Positions 1-12,034 of a stretch of DNA of 64,000 nucleotides are shown in pieces; within the stretch, counting starts at the first letter, position 1; every line of letters starts with the position of its first letter. The notes below the pieces were generated by a model. It saw only the letters and a list, made by a program, of their open reading frames with translations, did no database searches and was not told the origin of the DNA. The position numbers and the translations under genes are program-made. Origin of the DNA: an uncultured SAR116 cluster alpha proteobacterium (GTDB lineage: Bacteria; Pseudomonadota; Alphaproteobacteria; Puniceispirillales; GCA-002684695); NCBI GenBank assembly GCA_902612965.1, contig CACMFN010000007.1:26506-90505 (forward strand), read 5' to 3'.

Positions 1-488
1 TCTTTTTCAAGAGCTATAGCTGTATACATTTTACCAATTGAACAATCAGTACCTACTGCTAAACATCTCATGCCCATTCTTTTTTTGCCATTTGCTATTG
101 GGTAATTAATCGTTGGAACTCTTACATCTATGAGTTGTGTATTATTAGATTTGGACAGGTCAACTAATTCTTTTTCATCTCTCAGTAAGTTATGAAGTCC
201 TGAAGCTATATCTAAACCAGATACAATTGCCTCTTTTAGAACTTCCATCCATTTGATTGAAATTAGCCCTCCTCTATTAGCTACTCCAATTACTAGGGTT
301 TTTGCACCAAGAGACACAGCCTCTTTTACAGAGATGTTTTTTAGTCCCATATCTGCTTTACATCCTTGTAAAGTAATTTGTCCAACAGATATACCTGGTC
401 TCCAATCCTTTATCCCTTGCGCTACTTTTGCTGCCAAAGGATCTGGAGCGTCACCTAAAAATAATACATATGGTTGCTGTATTGTCAT
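1..488 (-). CDS. dgcN: DUF1611-family N-acetyltransferase, DgcN-like (D-glutamate N-acetyltransferase); 3' end runs off the window
   Basis: Not in the ORF track. Manual minus-strand translation from ATG at 488 gives MTIQQPYVLFLGDAPDPLAAKVAQGIKDWRP...GLDIASGLH...AVGTDCSIGKMYTAIALEK, with the DUF1611 motifs KxAxG, SGLH and GTDCSxGKM. An AGAGGA Shine-Dalgarno lies upstream. Confidence 0.8.
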   Translation of the reverse strand, partial: MTIQQPYVLFLGDAPDPLAAKVAQGIKDWRPGISVGQITLQGCKADMGLKNISVKEAVSLGAKTLVIGVANRGGLISIKWMEVLKEAIVSGLDIASGLHNLLRDEKELVDLSKSNNTQLIDVRVPTINYPIANGKKRMGMRCLAVGTDCSIGKMYTAIALEK

Positions 489-563
489 AATTATTTCCTC
501 TCAAATAATTAGTATTACAAAATTACTAATTTTGAAATTATATTTTCTATTATTATAAATTTT

Positions 564-1676
564 TTAAATCCACTCTTTTTTAACATCACTTTCTTTCTCT
601 AAAGCAATGTTTTTATTTTTTAAAATAGCAAATTCATCAGCAGTCAATAATTGACGAAGGGACCAAATTGAAGCGCCTCGTAATAGAGTATTTTCAGATT
701 TAATAAATTTTTTTACATTTTTAATTAGTGTCTTATCACCCGAATTACCTGCTGCTATAAGACAATTTCTCATTATTCTCGTATAGCCAGTTCTTTTAAT
801 TGTTGTGCCTGATGTTAATTTTCGAAAACTTTTTTCATCTAGTGAAAGCCATTCTTTAAGTGAAATCAAATTAATTTTATTATCTTCATTAAGCTTAATA
901 TCATTTACAGTAACTGCAAAATTGTTCCAGGGGCAGATTGCTAGACAGTCGTCACATCCAAAAATTCTATTCCCAATGGCTTTTCTAAACTCGGTAGGAA
1001 TTTGTTCTTTATGCTCAATAGTTAGATAGGAAATACATTTTCTAGCGTCAAGTTTATAAGGCTCAATTATAGCATCTGTCGGACAAATTTTAATACACTT
1101 ACTACAAGTGCCACAATTGTCGTTATGAGTTGATTGGTAATCTAAATGCTTGTCAATTAGGATAACACCTAAGAGTAACCAAGATCCATATTTTCTACTT
1201 ACTAAATTTGTATGCTTACCCTGCCAACCAATTCCTGCTGAATGTGCAAGTGGTTTTTCCATTATTGGAGCCGTATCTACAAATACTTTAACTTTTGCTT
1301 TTAATTCAGAGACAATTTTACTGGCAATTTGTTTAAGACGACCCTTTAAAACTTTATGATAGTCTTTTCTTCTAGCGTAAACAGCAACATAGGCATTACT
1401 ATTTTCATTCAATTCTAAAAGTGGATTATTTTGTGGCCCGTAATTAAATCCAAAAACAATTGCAGATTTTGCTTCTGGCCATAAATTCTTAGGTGATTTT
1501 CTTAAATCTTTTTTTTCTTCAATCCAAGTTAAACTTCCATGATATTTTTTTTGTATAAATTCATCTAACCCTTTTTGATTAAAATTAGTGGTTTGTGCTG
1601 GTGTTATACCAACAACATTAAAACCAAATTTATCTGCCAAATTTGTAAAGAATTCGTAATTTTTTATATTTTTCAT
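564..1676 (-). CDS. queG: tRNA epoxyqueuosine(34) reductase
   Basis: DYH, VDTAPIMEK and AGIGWQGK motifs; two Fe-S Cys clusters (CGTCSKCIKICPT, GCDDCLAICPWN); adjacent to tgt and queA. Confidence 0.95.
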   Translation of the reverse strand: MKNIKNYEFFTNLADKFGFNVVGITPAQTTNFNQKGLDEFIQKKYHGSLTWIEEKKDLRKSPKNLWPEAKSAIVFGFNYGPQNNPLLELNENSNAYVAVYARRKDYHKVLKGRLKQIASKIVSELKAKVKVFVDTAPIMEKPLAHSAGIGWQGKHTNLVSRKYGSWLLLGVILIDKHLDYQSTHNDNCGTCSKCIKICPTDAIIEPYKLDARKCISYLTIEHKEQIPTEFRKAIGNRIFGCDDCLAICPWNNFAVTVNDIKLNEDNKINLISLKEWLSLDEKSFRKLTSGTTIKRTGYTRIMRNCLIAAGNSGDKTLIKNVKKFIKSENTLLRGASIWSLRQLLTADEFAILKNKNIALEKESDVKKEWI

Positions 1677-1686
1677 AAGTTTTATG

Positions 1687-3841
<2,155 letters not shown>

Positions 3842-3842
3842 T

Positions 3843-4784
3843 TTAATATATTTGAATTACGCCTTGGATATAATTATTTTCATCAGTAACAACTAATGCC
3901 TGGACTTTTGCTTCTAACATCTTATTTTTTGCATCAATCATCAATTTATCTTTAGTAATAGTAAGAGGATTAGTAGTCATTATATTTTCAGCTTTAACAG
4001 ATGATAAATTTTGATTTTCTAGAAGCAACCTTCTTAAATCACCATCTGTTATTATACCTTGTAAGTAATTATTTTTATGAATAATTGCCAGACCCAATTT
4101 ACTTTCTGTCATTACAATTATTGCATCACTAATAAATTGATCATTGTTCATCAAAGGTAGCTTAGTAGAAATCATATTATCAGCTACTGTTTGAGTTAGT
4201 CCCTTTCCTAAACTACCACCTGGATGAGTTAAAGCAAAATCCTCTTCTGCAAAACCTCTAGCATTCATAACTGATACTGACAAAGCATCTCCTGCAGTCA
4301 TTGTTAGCATTGCAGAGGTAGTTGGAGCTAAATTTAGTGGGCATGCTTCTCTGTCAATAGAAACATCAATATTTGCCGTAGCAAAATTTGCGAGAGAACT
4401 ATCTTTCTTACCTGTCAGAGAAATAATATCGTTTCCTATTTTTTTTAAGGATGGTAACAATTTTAAAACTTCTTCAGTTTCACCAGAATATGAAATCAAA
4501 ATAATTACATCTTCTGATTTTATCATTCCTAAATCACCATGAATTGCTTCAGCTGGATGAAGAAACAAGCTAGGAGTGCCTGTGGAAGCTAATGTTGCTG
4601 AAATCTTTCTACCAACATGGCCTGATTTGCCAATTCCACTTACAACGACATGACCTTTTGAATTTAATATTAATTCAACAGCTTTATCAAACTCAATGTT
4701 TGAATTATGGACAAACCTGTCTATAGCATCTTTATAAGAAGAACAAAGATCTTTAAGAATGTTTTTATATGAAGCCTGCTTCAT
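3843..4784 (-). CDS. kdsD: KpsF/GutQ-family arabinose-5-phosphate isomerase (SIS domain plus CBS pair)
   Basis: GIGKSGHVGRKISATLASTGTP, EAIHGDLG, APTTS and HPGGSLG motifs; C-terminal CBS pair (GIITDGDLRR). Confidence 0.9.
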   Translation of the reverse strand: MKQASYKNILKDLCSSYKDAIDRFVHNSNIEFDKAVELILNSKGHVVVSGIGKSGHVGRKISATLASTGTPSLFLHPAEAIHGDLGMIKSEDVIILISYSGETEEVLKLLPSLKKIGNDIISLTGKKDSSLANFATANIDVSIDREACPLNLAPTTSAMLTMTAGDALSVSVMNARGFAEEDFALTHPGGSLGKGLTQTVADNMISTKLPLMNNDQFISDAIIVMTESKLGLAIIHKNNYLQGIITDGDLRRLLLENQNLSSVKAENIMTTNPLTITKDKLMIDAKNKMLEAKVQALVVTDENNYIQGVIQIY

Positions 4785-5386
4785 TTTATACCTTTGCTAA
4801 ACATATCTTTTGCTAATTTTAGGTCATCGGGTGTATTAACATTAAAAAATTGATCAAAACTTGATGTGAAATGTACCTCTATAGGAGTATATTTTTGAGT
4901 AAATATATCAATTTTTCGAATATTATTTTTTAGAGAATTTTTCAAATCATTTTTTAGTGAAATATGCCAAATAGCAAAAACTGGGTGGTTTCTTCCATTA
5001 GAATTTGCTACGCCAACTAACCTATTGTTTTTATTTACACTTTCAAATAATTTATCAACTAGGTTTTCAGGAAAGAATGGTGTATCAATTGGTAAACTTA
5101 CAACCCATTCAATATTATTATCTTGTTTATAAAACCATTCCAACCCCGACAAAATACCAGCTAATGGACCTTGAAAATTTGGAATAGTATCGTTAATAAT
5201 ATTCAAATCATAATCTTTAAAATTATTTGCATCTCGATTTGTATTTAATACAATTTTATTATTTTCTATTTTTAATTTATCTAGAATTAACTGAAGAAGA
5301 GTTTTGTTATTGATCCTTACCAAAGCTTTATCAATGCCGTTCATTCTAGATGACTTGCCACCAGCTAAAAGAACACACCCAATCAT
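4781..5386 (-). CDS. mobA: Molybdenum cofactor guanylyltransferase
   Basis: LAGGKSSRM...DK, GPLAGI, DTPFFP and FFNVNTPDDL motifs. Confidence 0.93.
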   Translation of the reverse strand: MIGCVLLAGGKSSRMNGIDKALVRINNKTLLQLILDKLKIENNKIVLNTNRDANNFKDYDLNIINDTIPNFQGPLAGILSGLEWFYKQDNNIEWVVSLPIDTPFFPENLVDKLFESVNKNNRLVGVANSNGRNHPVFAIWHISLKNDLKNSLKNNIRKIDIFTQKYTPIEVHFTSSFDQFFNVNTPDDLKLAKDMFSKGIK

Positions 5387-5410
5387 AAATATTCGCCTAT
5401 ATAATTTTTT

Positions 5411-6253
5411 TTAATCATAAATAACACGATGATTTCCTGAGAGTAAAATAAATCTTTTTCCTTTCATTCTGCCAATTAGAGATAGTTTTGCTTCATTAGC
5501 AAGTGAAACACCACTTTCAGTAAAGCCAGAACGAGATAGTAGTATTGGTATTTCCATTTGAACTGTTTTAATCACCATTTCAGAAGTAAGTCTTCCTGTA
5601 GTATAAAAAATTTTATCCCTACCATTTATATCATTTAAAAACATCCATCCAGCTATTTTATCAACAGCATTATGCCTGCCCACATCTTCAACGTATGCTA
5701 GAATATTTTCTTTATAACAAAGTGCACAACCGTGAATTGCACCAGCTTTAATATATAAACTTGGAATTTCAGTAATTTTTTTTGAAATATTAATCATCCA
5801 ACTGGTCTTAATGAAATTATCATCATTTAATTTTACGTCATAAAATGTTTCCATCATATCGCCGTAAACAGTACCTACTGCACAACCACTTGTTCTTATT
5901 TTTTTTGTAAGTTTTTTTTCATAGTTGGTTTTTCTTTTTGTACGAATTACAACAACATCTAACTCATCATCATAATCGATTTCTTCAATTACATCTTTTT
6001 TATTTAACATATTTTGATTAAGAAGATATCCTACAGCCAACTCTTTTGGCATATCGCCTAAAGACATAGTTGTTACAATTTCTTGGGAATTTAGAAATAT
6101 AGTGAAGGGTTTTTCAGTGACTACATCAACTTCAATTTTCTCATTAAGTTCATTTAAACCAACAACATTTTTTGTGAGGTTCATATCATCAATATTGGGT
6201 TTTAATTTTAGAGGATTTAACAAATTTGTTTCATTGATTATTTTATCAGTCAT
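5411..6253 (-). CDS. fdhD: Formate dehydrogenase accessory sulfurtransferase
   Basis: TSGCAVG, GAIHGCAL, EDVGRHNAVDK and TTGRLTSEMVIK motifs. Confidence 0.93.
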   Translation of the reverse strand: MTDKIINETNLLNPLKLKPNIDDMNLTKNVVGLNELNEKIEVDVVTEKPFTIFLNSQEIVTTMSLGDMPKELAVGYLLNQNMLNKKDVIEEIDYDDELDVVVIRTKRKTNYEKKLTKKIRTSGCAVGTVYGDMMETFYDVKLNDDNFIKTSWMINISKKITEIPSLYIKAGAIHGCALCYKENILAYVEDVGRHNAVDKIAGWMFLNDINGRDKIFYTTGRLTSEMVIKTVQMEIPILLSRSGFTESGVSLANEAKLSLIGRMKGKRFILLSGNHRVIYD

Positions 6254-6331
6254 AATGTATAATTAACACTGACAATTATAAACGCAAAATTGTAAATGAA
6301 AAATTTTTAAAAAATAGCTAATTACTGATTT

Positions 6332-7090
6332 ATGAAATTTCATTTTATCGCATCAGAAAACCCTGAAGCTAAAGAGGCCCTTAAAGTTCTAATAAAGAGA
6401 TACAATCAAACGAAATTAGAGTTATCCGATGTTATTATTGCCATTGGAGGTGACGGTATGCTTCTTAAAGCTTTAAGAAATAGTATAGAAAAAAATAAGC
6501 CCGTTTTTGGCCTGAATAAAGGCAATGTTGGCTTTCTTATGAATGAACTATCTTTTGATAATTTAGAAAATAGAATTCAAACAGCAAGAAAAGTTAAAAT
6601 GCACCCTCTTTTTATGAGTGCACATAAAATAAATGGTAATATTTTTACTGAATTAGCAGTGAACGAAGTATCAATATTGAGACAAACTCACCAGGCTGCA
6701 CATTTGAAAATTACTGTAGATAAAAAAGAAAGGTTAAATGAATTGGTTTGTGATGGCATTCTTGTTTCAACACCTATAGGGAGTACAGCTTATAATTTAT
6801 CAGCAAGAGGACCAATTATTCCATTAAATGCCAACATATTAGCTTTAACTCCAATTAGCTCATTTAGACCCAGAAGGTGGAGAGGAGCATTACTACCTCA
6901 AAGAGTAAAAATTAGAATAGAAGTACTTAACTTTGACACAAGACCAGTTAGTGCGACAGCAGATAACGTAGAGGCTAGAGATATAAAATATATTGAAATA
7001 TCGACTGATAAAACAAAAAAACTAACTATTCTTCATGATTCAGATCATAGTCTTGATGAAAGAATTATGAAAGAGCAGTTTTTAACATAA
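6332..7090 (+). CDS. nadK: NAD(+) kinase
   Basis: GGDG, GNVGFL, NE and DGILVSTPIGSTAYNLSA signature motifs. Confidence 0.93.
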   Translation: MKFHFIASENPEAKEALKVLIKRYNQTKLELSDVIIAIGGDGMLLKALRNSIEKNKPVFGLNKGNVGFLMNELSFDNLENRIQTARKVKMHPLFMSAHKINGNIFTELAVNEVSILRQTHQAAHLKITVDKKERLNELVCDGILVSTPIGSTAYNLSARGPIIPLNANILALTPISSFRPRRWRGALLPQRVKIRIEVLNFDTRPVSATADNVEARDIKYIEISTDKTKKLTILHDSDHSLDERIMKEQFLT

Positions 7091-8080
7091 ATTTTTTTTA
7101 ACAAAATTATCAATTGCTCTCCAAAATATAACTTTAACTTCTTCTTTTTCATGAATTATATCATGTCTGCATGATGGTAAGTTTATTTCTTCAACGTTAC
7201 TGAGTTTTTGAACTAATTTTTTTTGTGAACTCGCATCTGTTACTTTCTCATCTTCAGCCAAGAAAAGAAGAACTGGTTGATTAATATTTTTTTTTGTGAA
7301 TTTTTTAAAAAATTTATCACAATAAAATATAGCATTTGAAACCCAATTCCAACTTGGACCTTCAGTTTCTAATAATTTATTCTCCTCAAAATAACTAAGT
7401 GCTTCTTCTGAAGTTTCTTTACCATAATAGTTTATATTTTCTTCTTTCTTCCAATAATCAGAGGCCTTAGACACGCTATTTTTTACATTTTTACCTGCCA
7501 AACCAATAAATGATGCAATAGATGCCAAATTCGTATTTATTCCAATATTTGATAAATTTAAAGGAATAAGAAATTTATTAATTAAAACTGTAAGACCTGC
7601 CAATAAATTTGAAATTGGCAACCCCATCATTGGAGCCATTACTATAAACATTGATGGCTGAATAAAAAAATTATCAATCTTTTTTGAATAAATTTGATAA
7701 TATAAAATTAATAACCCACCTAAAGAATGTCCAAAAAATATTGTTTTTCTATTGAAACCAAATTTAAGCGACTTCATTAAAAAGTTCATTGCTTTAAAAT
7801 AGAGCTCAAAATCTGAAACATGAATTACAGTTGAAGGATTACCAAATCTTGATGAAAGACCTTGTCCGGGCAAGTCAATTATCGCTACACGAAAATTTTC
7901 TTTTGCAAACTTTTCTGCAATAAAATCATACCTCTCTATAAATTCGCTTAATCCTGGTATTATTAAAATATCAGCCTTAATAGGCTTTTTAGATTTTTCG
8001 TTTAAATATACTGAACATCTAATTTTAGAAATTTCAAATTTTAACCAAAAAGTCTTTTTATAGACACTAATCTTTTGCAT
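7082..8080 (-). CDS. Alpha/beta hydrolase, lysophospholipase (PldB-like)
   Basis: PGLSEFIERY, DLPGQGLS, GHSLG nucleophile elbow and C-terminal HDI (catalytic His). Confidence 0.8.
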   Translation of the reverse strand: MQKISVYKKTFWLKFEISKIRCSVYLNEKSKKPIKADILIIPGLSEFIERYDFIAEKFAKENFRVAIIDLPGQGLSSRFGNPSTVIHVSDFELYFKAMNFLMKSLKFGFNRKTIFFGHSLGGLLILYYQIYSKKIDNFFIQPSMFIVMAPMMGLPISNLLAGLTVLINKFLIPLNLSNIGINTNLASIASFIGLAGKNVKNSVSKASDYWKKEENINYYGKETSEEALSYFEENKLLETEGPSWNWVSNAIFYCDKFFKKFTKKNINQPVLLFLAEDEKVTDASSQKKLVQKLSNVEEINLPSCRHDIIHEKEEVKVIFWRAIDNFVKKNLC

Positions 8081-8086
8081 TAAATA

Positions 8087-8446
8087 TTATTGTGATGATA
8101 CTGAGAAACTTTCACCACAGCCACAACGAGCAACTTCATTAGGATTTTTAAAATCAAAACCAGAGCTAAATTTATTTTCACTCCAATCCATCTCAGCTCC
8201 AACAAGAAACATTACAGCTGCAGGGTCAATAAAAATAGTAATACCTTTTGTAGATATTGTCTCTTCAAAGTCTTTGGCTGCAGTTGCATACTCAACATTA
8301 TACTTAAAGCCCGAACAACCAGAAGATTTTACTCCAATTCTAAGGCCTTTTACATTTTCATCGCCTTTGTTAATCAGGTATTTAACTCTTTCGGCTGCTT
8401 TATCTGTGACACTTATAATATTTTTATCAGAAAACATTGAACTCAT
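8087..8446 (-). CDS. sufA: HesB/IscA-family Fe-S cluster carrier (A-type)
   Basis: SSGCSG and CGCGESF motifs; lies at the end of the suf operon. Confidence 0.9.
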   Translation of the reverse strand: MSSMFSDKNIISVTDKAAERVKYLINKGDENVKGLRIGVKSSGCSGFKYNVEYATAAKDFEETISTKGITIFIDPAAVMFLVGAEMDWSENKFSSGFDFKNPNEVARCGCGESFSVSSQ

Positions 8447-8456
8447 ACTTTATTCA

Positions 8457-8858
8457 TTACATATCCAAAAGCAATTTAGCATCATCACTCATCATATCTT
8501 TTGACCAAGATGGATCCCAAACTAATTTAACTGTAACTTCACCAACTTTGTCAAGAGTTGATACTTTTTCAGATACCTCTTTTGGGAGTTCCCCAGCCAC
8601 AGGACATGCAGGGGCTGTAAGCGACATCTCAATTTGCACATTACCTCTTTCGCTACAATCAATTTTATATATCAAACCCAAATCATAAATACTGACAGGT
8701 AATTCAGGATCAAATATGCTTTTTAAAATCTCTACTACTTTGCCTTTATCAACTCTATATTTATCGTCAGATAAAGGTTTTCCTGATTTAAAAATTGCAC
8801 CCTCACCTATGTTTAGGGAAGATGGCATAAAATCATTCAATGATAGATCTTTGGTCAT
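8457..8858 (-). CDS. sufT: DUF59 Fe-S cluster assembly protein (SufT-like)
   Basis: DPELPVSIYDLGLIY, LTAPACP and LVWDPSW motifs. Confidence 0.88.
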   Translation of the reverse strand: MTKDLSLNDFMPSSLNIGEGAIFKSGKPLSDDKYRVDKGKVVEILKSIFDPELPVSIYDLGLIYKIDCSERGNVQIEMSLTAPACPVAGELPKEVSEKVSTLDKVGEVTVKLVWDPSWSKDMMSDDAKLLLDM

Positions 8859-8860
8859 AT

Positions 8861-10105
8861 CTAGCCTAAAAGTTTTTTTACAGTTTTCAAACCTTCAATT
8901 AAAACATCAACTTCATCTTCTTTTGAATAAACACCAATCGAAGCTCTTGCAGTTGAAGAGATGTTAAAATGTTTCATGAGAGGTTGGGCGCAGTGATGTC
9001 CAGCTCTAATAGCAATCCCTTTCTGATCCAAAATTGTTGCAATATCATGAGGGTGCGCACCATTAAAAAGAAAAGATATCACACCTGATTTATTGCTTGA
9101 GTTACCAATTATGCTTAATTCCTTTACTTCATTAAGTTTCTTAGTAAAGTGTTTTAAAATTTTTTGCTCATGATCTCTTATGTTTTTCATACCAATTTGC
9201 TGTACAAAATCTATAGCCGCACCAAATCCAATAACTTCCGCAATTGGTGGCGTTCCTGCTTCAAACCTGTGAGGTGGATCTGCGTAAGAAGAATTTTCTA
9301 TATCAACATTATCAATCATGTCACCACCACCTAAAAAGGGAGGCATTTCGTGTAAAATTGAAAGTCTTCCCCATAAAACTCCAACGCCAGACGGACCATA
9401 GAGCTTATGTGAGCTAAAAGTATAAAAATCACAATCAATATCTTTAACATCAACTGGCAAGTGAATAGCACCCTGACAACCATCAACAATGCAAATAGCA
9501 TTAACTTCATGAGCTAATTTTGAAATTTCTTTTACTGGAAATACAGTTCCTAAAACGTTGGATACATGAGGGACAGAAATTATTTTTGTTCTTTTATTAA
9601 TTAATTTTTCCATATCTTTGATATCAAAATTTCCGTCTTTATCAACTGGAACTGCCTGAATTTTTGATCCAGTTTGTTGAGACAACAATTGCCATGGAAC
9701 TATATTTGCGTGGTGATCTGCTATAGTAATTATAATTTCATCATCAGGTTTTAAAAACTTTCTTCCCCAAGAATTAGCGATAAGATTAATTAGATGTGTA
9801 GCCCCAGAACCATAAATAATTTCATTACTATTTGATGCTCCTAAAAAATTTGCAGCTTTTTTTCGCACTTCTTCATATTTAAAAGTTGACTGTTCGCTTA
9901 ACCAATGAAGTCCTCGGTGAACATTTGAATAAGTTTCTAAATATGCACTATTTAATGCATCAATAACTGCTTTTGGTTTTTGAGCACTCGCGGCACTATC
10001 TAAATAAACCAAATCTTTATTATTAACTTTTTTATTCAATATTGGAAATTCTGACCTTATCTTTTTGAAGTCAATTTCATCTGAATTATGACCAAGACCA
10101 CTCAT
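8861..10105 (-). CDS. sufS: Cysteine desulfurase, group II
   Basis: YLDSAASAQKP, SSHKLYGP (PLP Lys), FEAGTP and RAGHHCA motifs. Confidence 0.96.
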   Translation of the reverse strand: MSGLGHNSDEIDFKKIRSEFPILNKKVNNKDLVYLDSAASAQKPKAVIDALNSAYLETYSNVHRGLHWLSEQSTFKYEEVRKKAANFLGASNSNEIIYGSGATHLINLIANSWGRKFLKPDDEIIITIADHHANIVPWQLLSQQTGSKIQAVPVDKDGNFDIKDMEKLINKRTKIISVPHVSNVLGTVFPVKEISKLAHEVNAICIVDGCQGAIHLPVDVKDIDCDFYTFSSHKLYGPSGVGVLWGRLSILHEMPPFLGGGDMIDNVDIENSSYADPPHRFEAGTPPIAEVIGFGAAIDFVQQIGMKNIRDHEQKILKHFTKKLNEVKELSIIGNSSNKSGVISFLFNGAHPHDIATILDQKGIAIRAGHHCAQPLMKHFNISSTARASIGVYSKEDEVDVLIEGLKTVKKLLG

Positions 10106-11259
10106 GCAACTTCTTTCATTTTAAATTCACTTAACCAAAAATCTATTGCTTTTTCTAATTGATCAGAAAGGTAATCATTTTGTATTTCTTCTACAACTTC
10201 ATTTAAATATGCTTTGATTAATAATTCCCTTGCCACTGAGTGTGAAACTCCCCTGCTCAACAAATAAAAGAATTGATCTTTATCTAGCTCACCAATAGTA
10301 GCTCCATGAGCACATGAAACGTCATCAGCAAAAATCTCAAGCTCGGGTTTAGAATTTGACTCGGCTAGGTTTGACAGTAATAGTGCTCTACTCATTTGCC
10401 TGCCATCAGTTTTTTGAGCATTAGGCGCAACCTTTACCCCACCTTGGTAAACACCTACAGAGTTATCATCTAAAATACCTCTTATTATTTGATTTGAAGA
10501 GGTGTTTTCAGCAAGATGATTTACACATGTTGTAATATCTTGATGTTGCTTTTCTCTTCCAAAATAAACACCTATCAAATCATAATTACTATAGTTTTGA
10601 TTAAGGTTTATATTAATATCGCTTCTTGATAAGGTAACACCTTGCTGAGTTAATACCATTTCAAGATTTGAATTTTCAGAAAGATCACCCTCAATTAATG
10701 AAACAAAATTAGATGCGTTTAAAGATTTTGAACTGTTTATTACACTCAAACTAAAGGATAAATTTGATCCTTTCCCAACATCAATTGCTATTAAAGGAGT
10801 ACAAAGTGAGTTGGATGATAAAGAAAATTCTAAAGCAATGTTGCATTCAACATTTTCTGGAACTTTAATAATAATTAATGAACTCGACCATATACCTGCA
10901 TCGATACTTGATTTAATATCAATAGTTTCTTTTTTGCTTGTATTTTTAGGAACTAAAATTTCAAAAGCGTTACTTATATGTGACAATATAACACGAGACA
11001 TTTCATTTTTTTGAAAATATTTTGAATTTAAGGATTCAAGATTGTTAATATCAACATTTTTAATAAATTTATTTTTATTATTTGATAATAGGTACTTTGA
11101 ATTATGTTTTAAACTTGAGGAATCTTTTATAAATTTTTGTAAAGGGGTCATCTTCCAAGTTTCAATCTTAGAATTAGGCCATCCATGTTCTTTGAAACTT
11201 TTCTTAAAAGAGTTACAAAAATCTAGAACTTCATTTGAAGGAGGAGAATTAATTTCCAT
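10102..11259 (-). CDS. sufD: Fe-S cluster assembly protein SufD
   Basis: AQKTDG, KPELEIFADDVSCAHGAT and FYLLSRG motifs; lies between sufC and sufS. Confidence 0.93.
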   Translation of the reverse strand: MEINSPPSNEVLDFCNSFKKSFKEHGWPNSKIETWKMTPLQKFIKDSSSLKHNSKYLLSNNKNKFIKNVDINNLESLNSKYFQKNEMSRVILSHISNAFEILVPKNTSKKETIDIKSSIDAGIWSSSLIIIKVPENVECNIALEFSLSSNSLCTPLIAIDVGKGSNLSFSLSVINSSKSLNASNFVSLIEGDLSENSNLEMVLTQQGVTLSRSDININLNQNYSNYDLIGVYFGREKQHQDITTCVNHLAENTSSNQIIRGILDDNSVGVYQGGVKVAPNAQKTDGRQMSRALLLSNLAESNSKPELEIFADDVSCAHGATIGELDKDQFFYLLSRGVSHSVARELLIKAYLNEVVEEIQNDYLSDQLEKAIDFWLSEFKMKEVA

Positions 11260-12001
11260 TTAGAAAACTCTTATAGCCTTCTTTTTCAACTAATTTAGCT
11301 AAATCTGGACCACCAGATTGAATAATCTTACCCTTGACCATTATATGAACAAAATCTGGAATAATATGATCTAACAACCTCTGATAATGAGTAATAACAA
11401 GCATGCCCCTATCCTTACTTTTTAGGTTTGTAACCCCTTTACCAACAATTCTTAAAGCATCTACATCTAAACCAGAGTCAGTTTCGTCAAGAACAGCGAT
11501 TTTTGGATCAAGCAAAGCCATTTGAAGTATTTCAAAGCGCTTTTTTTCACCACCAGAAAATCCAACATTAACAAATCTTTTTAGCATGTCCTGTGAAATT
11601 TCTAACTCAGCAGCTTTTTCTCTAATAAGTTTAACTAATTCAATACCTTCTAATTCAGGTAGATTTTTTGCAACCCTTGAAGAATTAATGATTGTTCTTA
11701 GAAAAGTCATGCCTGTTACACCAGGCAGTTCTATTGGATATTGAAAAGCTAAAAATAATCCTAATCTAGAACGTTCATCAGCCTCAATATCTAGTATCTC
11801 TTTACTATCTAAAAATACACTGCCTTTACTGACATCATAATCCTCGCGACCTGACAAAACATAGGAAAGGGTTGACTTTCCAGAACCATTAGGCCCCATA
11901 ATCGCGTGTGTCTCTCCAGCATTTATCTGAAGTGATAAACCATTTAATATTTTTTCATCACCAATTGATGCGTAAAGATCTTCAATTTTTAAAAGACTCA
12001 T
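11249..12001 (-). CDS. sufC: Fe-S cluster assembly ATPase SufC
   Basis: GPNGSGKST, FQYP, GFSGGEKKR, LDETDSGLDVD and ITHY motifs. Confidence 0.97.
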   Translation of the reverse strand: MSLLKIEDLYASIGDEKILNGLSLQINAGETHAIMGPNGSGKSTLSYVLSGREDYDVSKGSVFLDSKEILDIEADERSRLGLFLAFQYPIELPGVTGMTFLRTIINSSRVAKNLPELEGIELVKLIREKAAELEISQDMLKRFVNVGFSGGEKKRFEILQMALLDPKIAVLDETDSGLDVDALRIVGKGVTNLKSKDRGMLVITHYQRLLDHIIPDFVHIMVKGKIIQSGGPDLAKLVEKEGYKSFLNGN

Positions 12002-12034
12002 ATTCTATTCATTACTTTCAAAATAATTATTAAT

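Noticed and set aside
253..558. 101-aa plus-strand ORF in the track
   Set aside because: Antisense shadow of the dgcN-like gene; no recognisable motifs.
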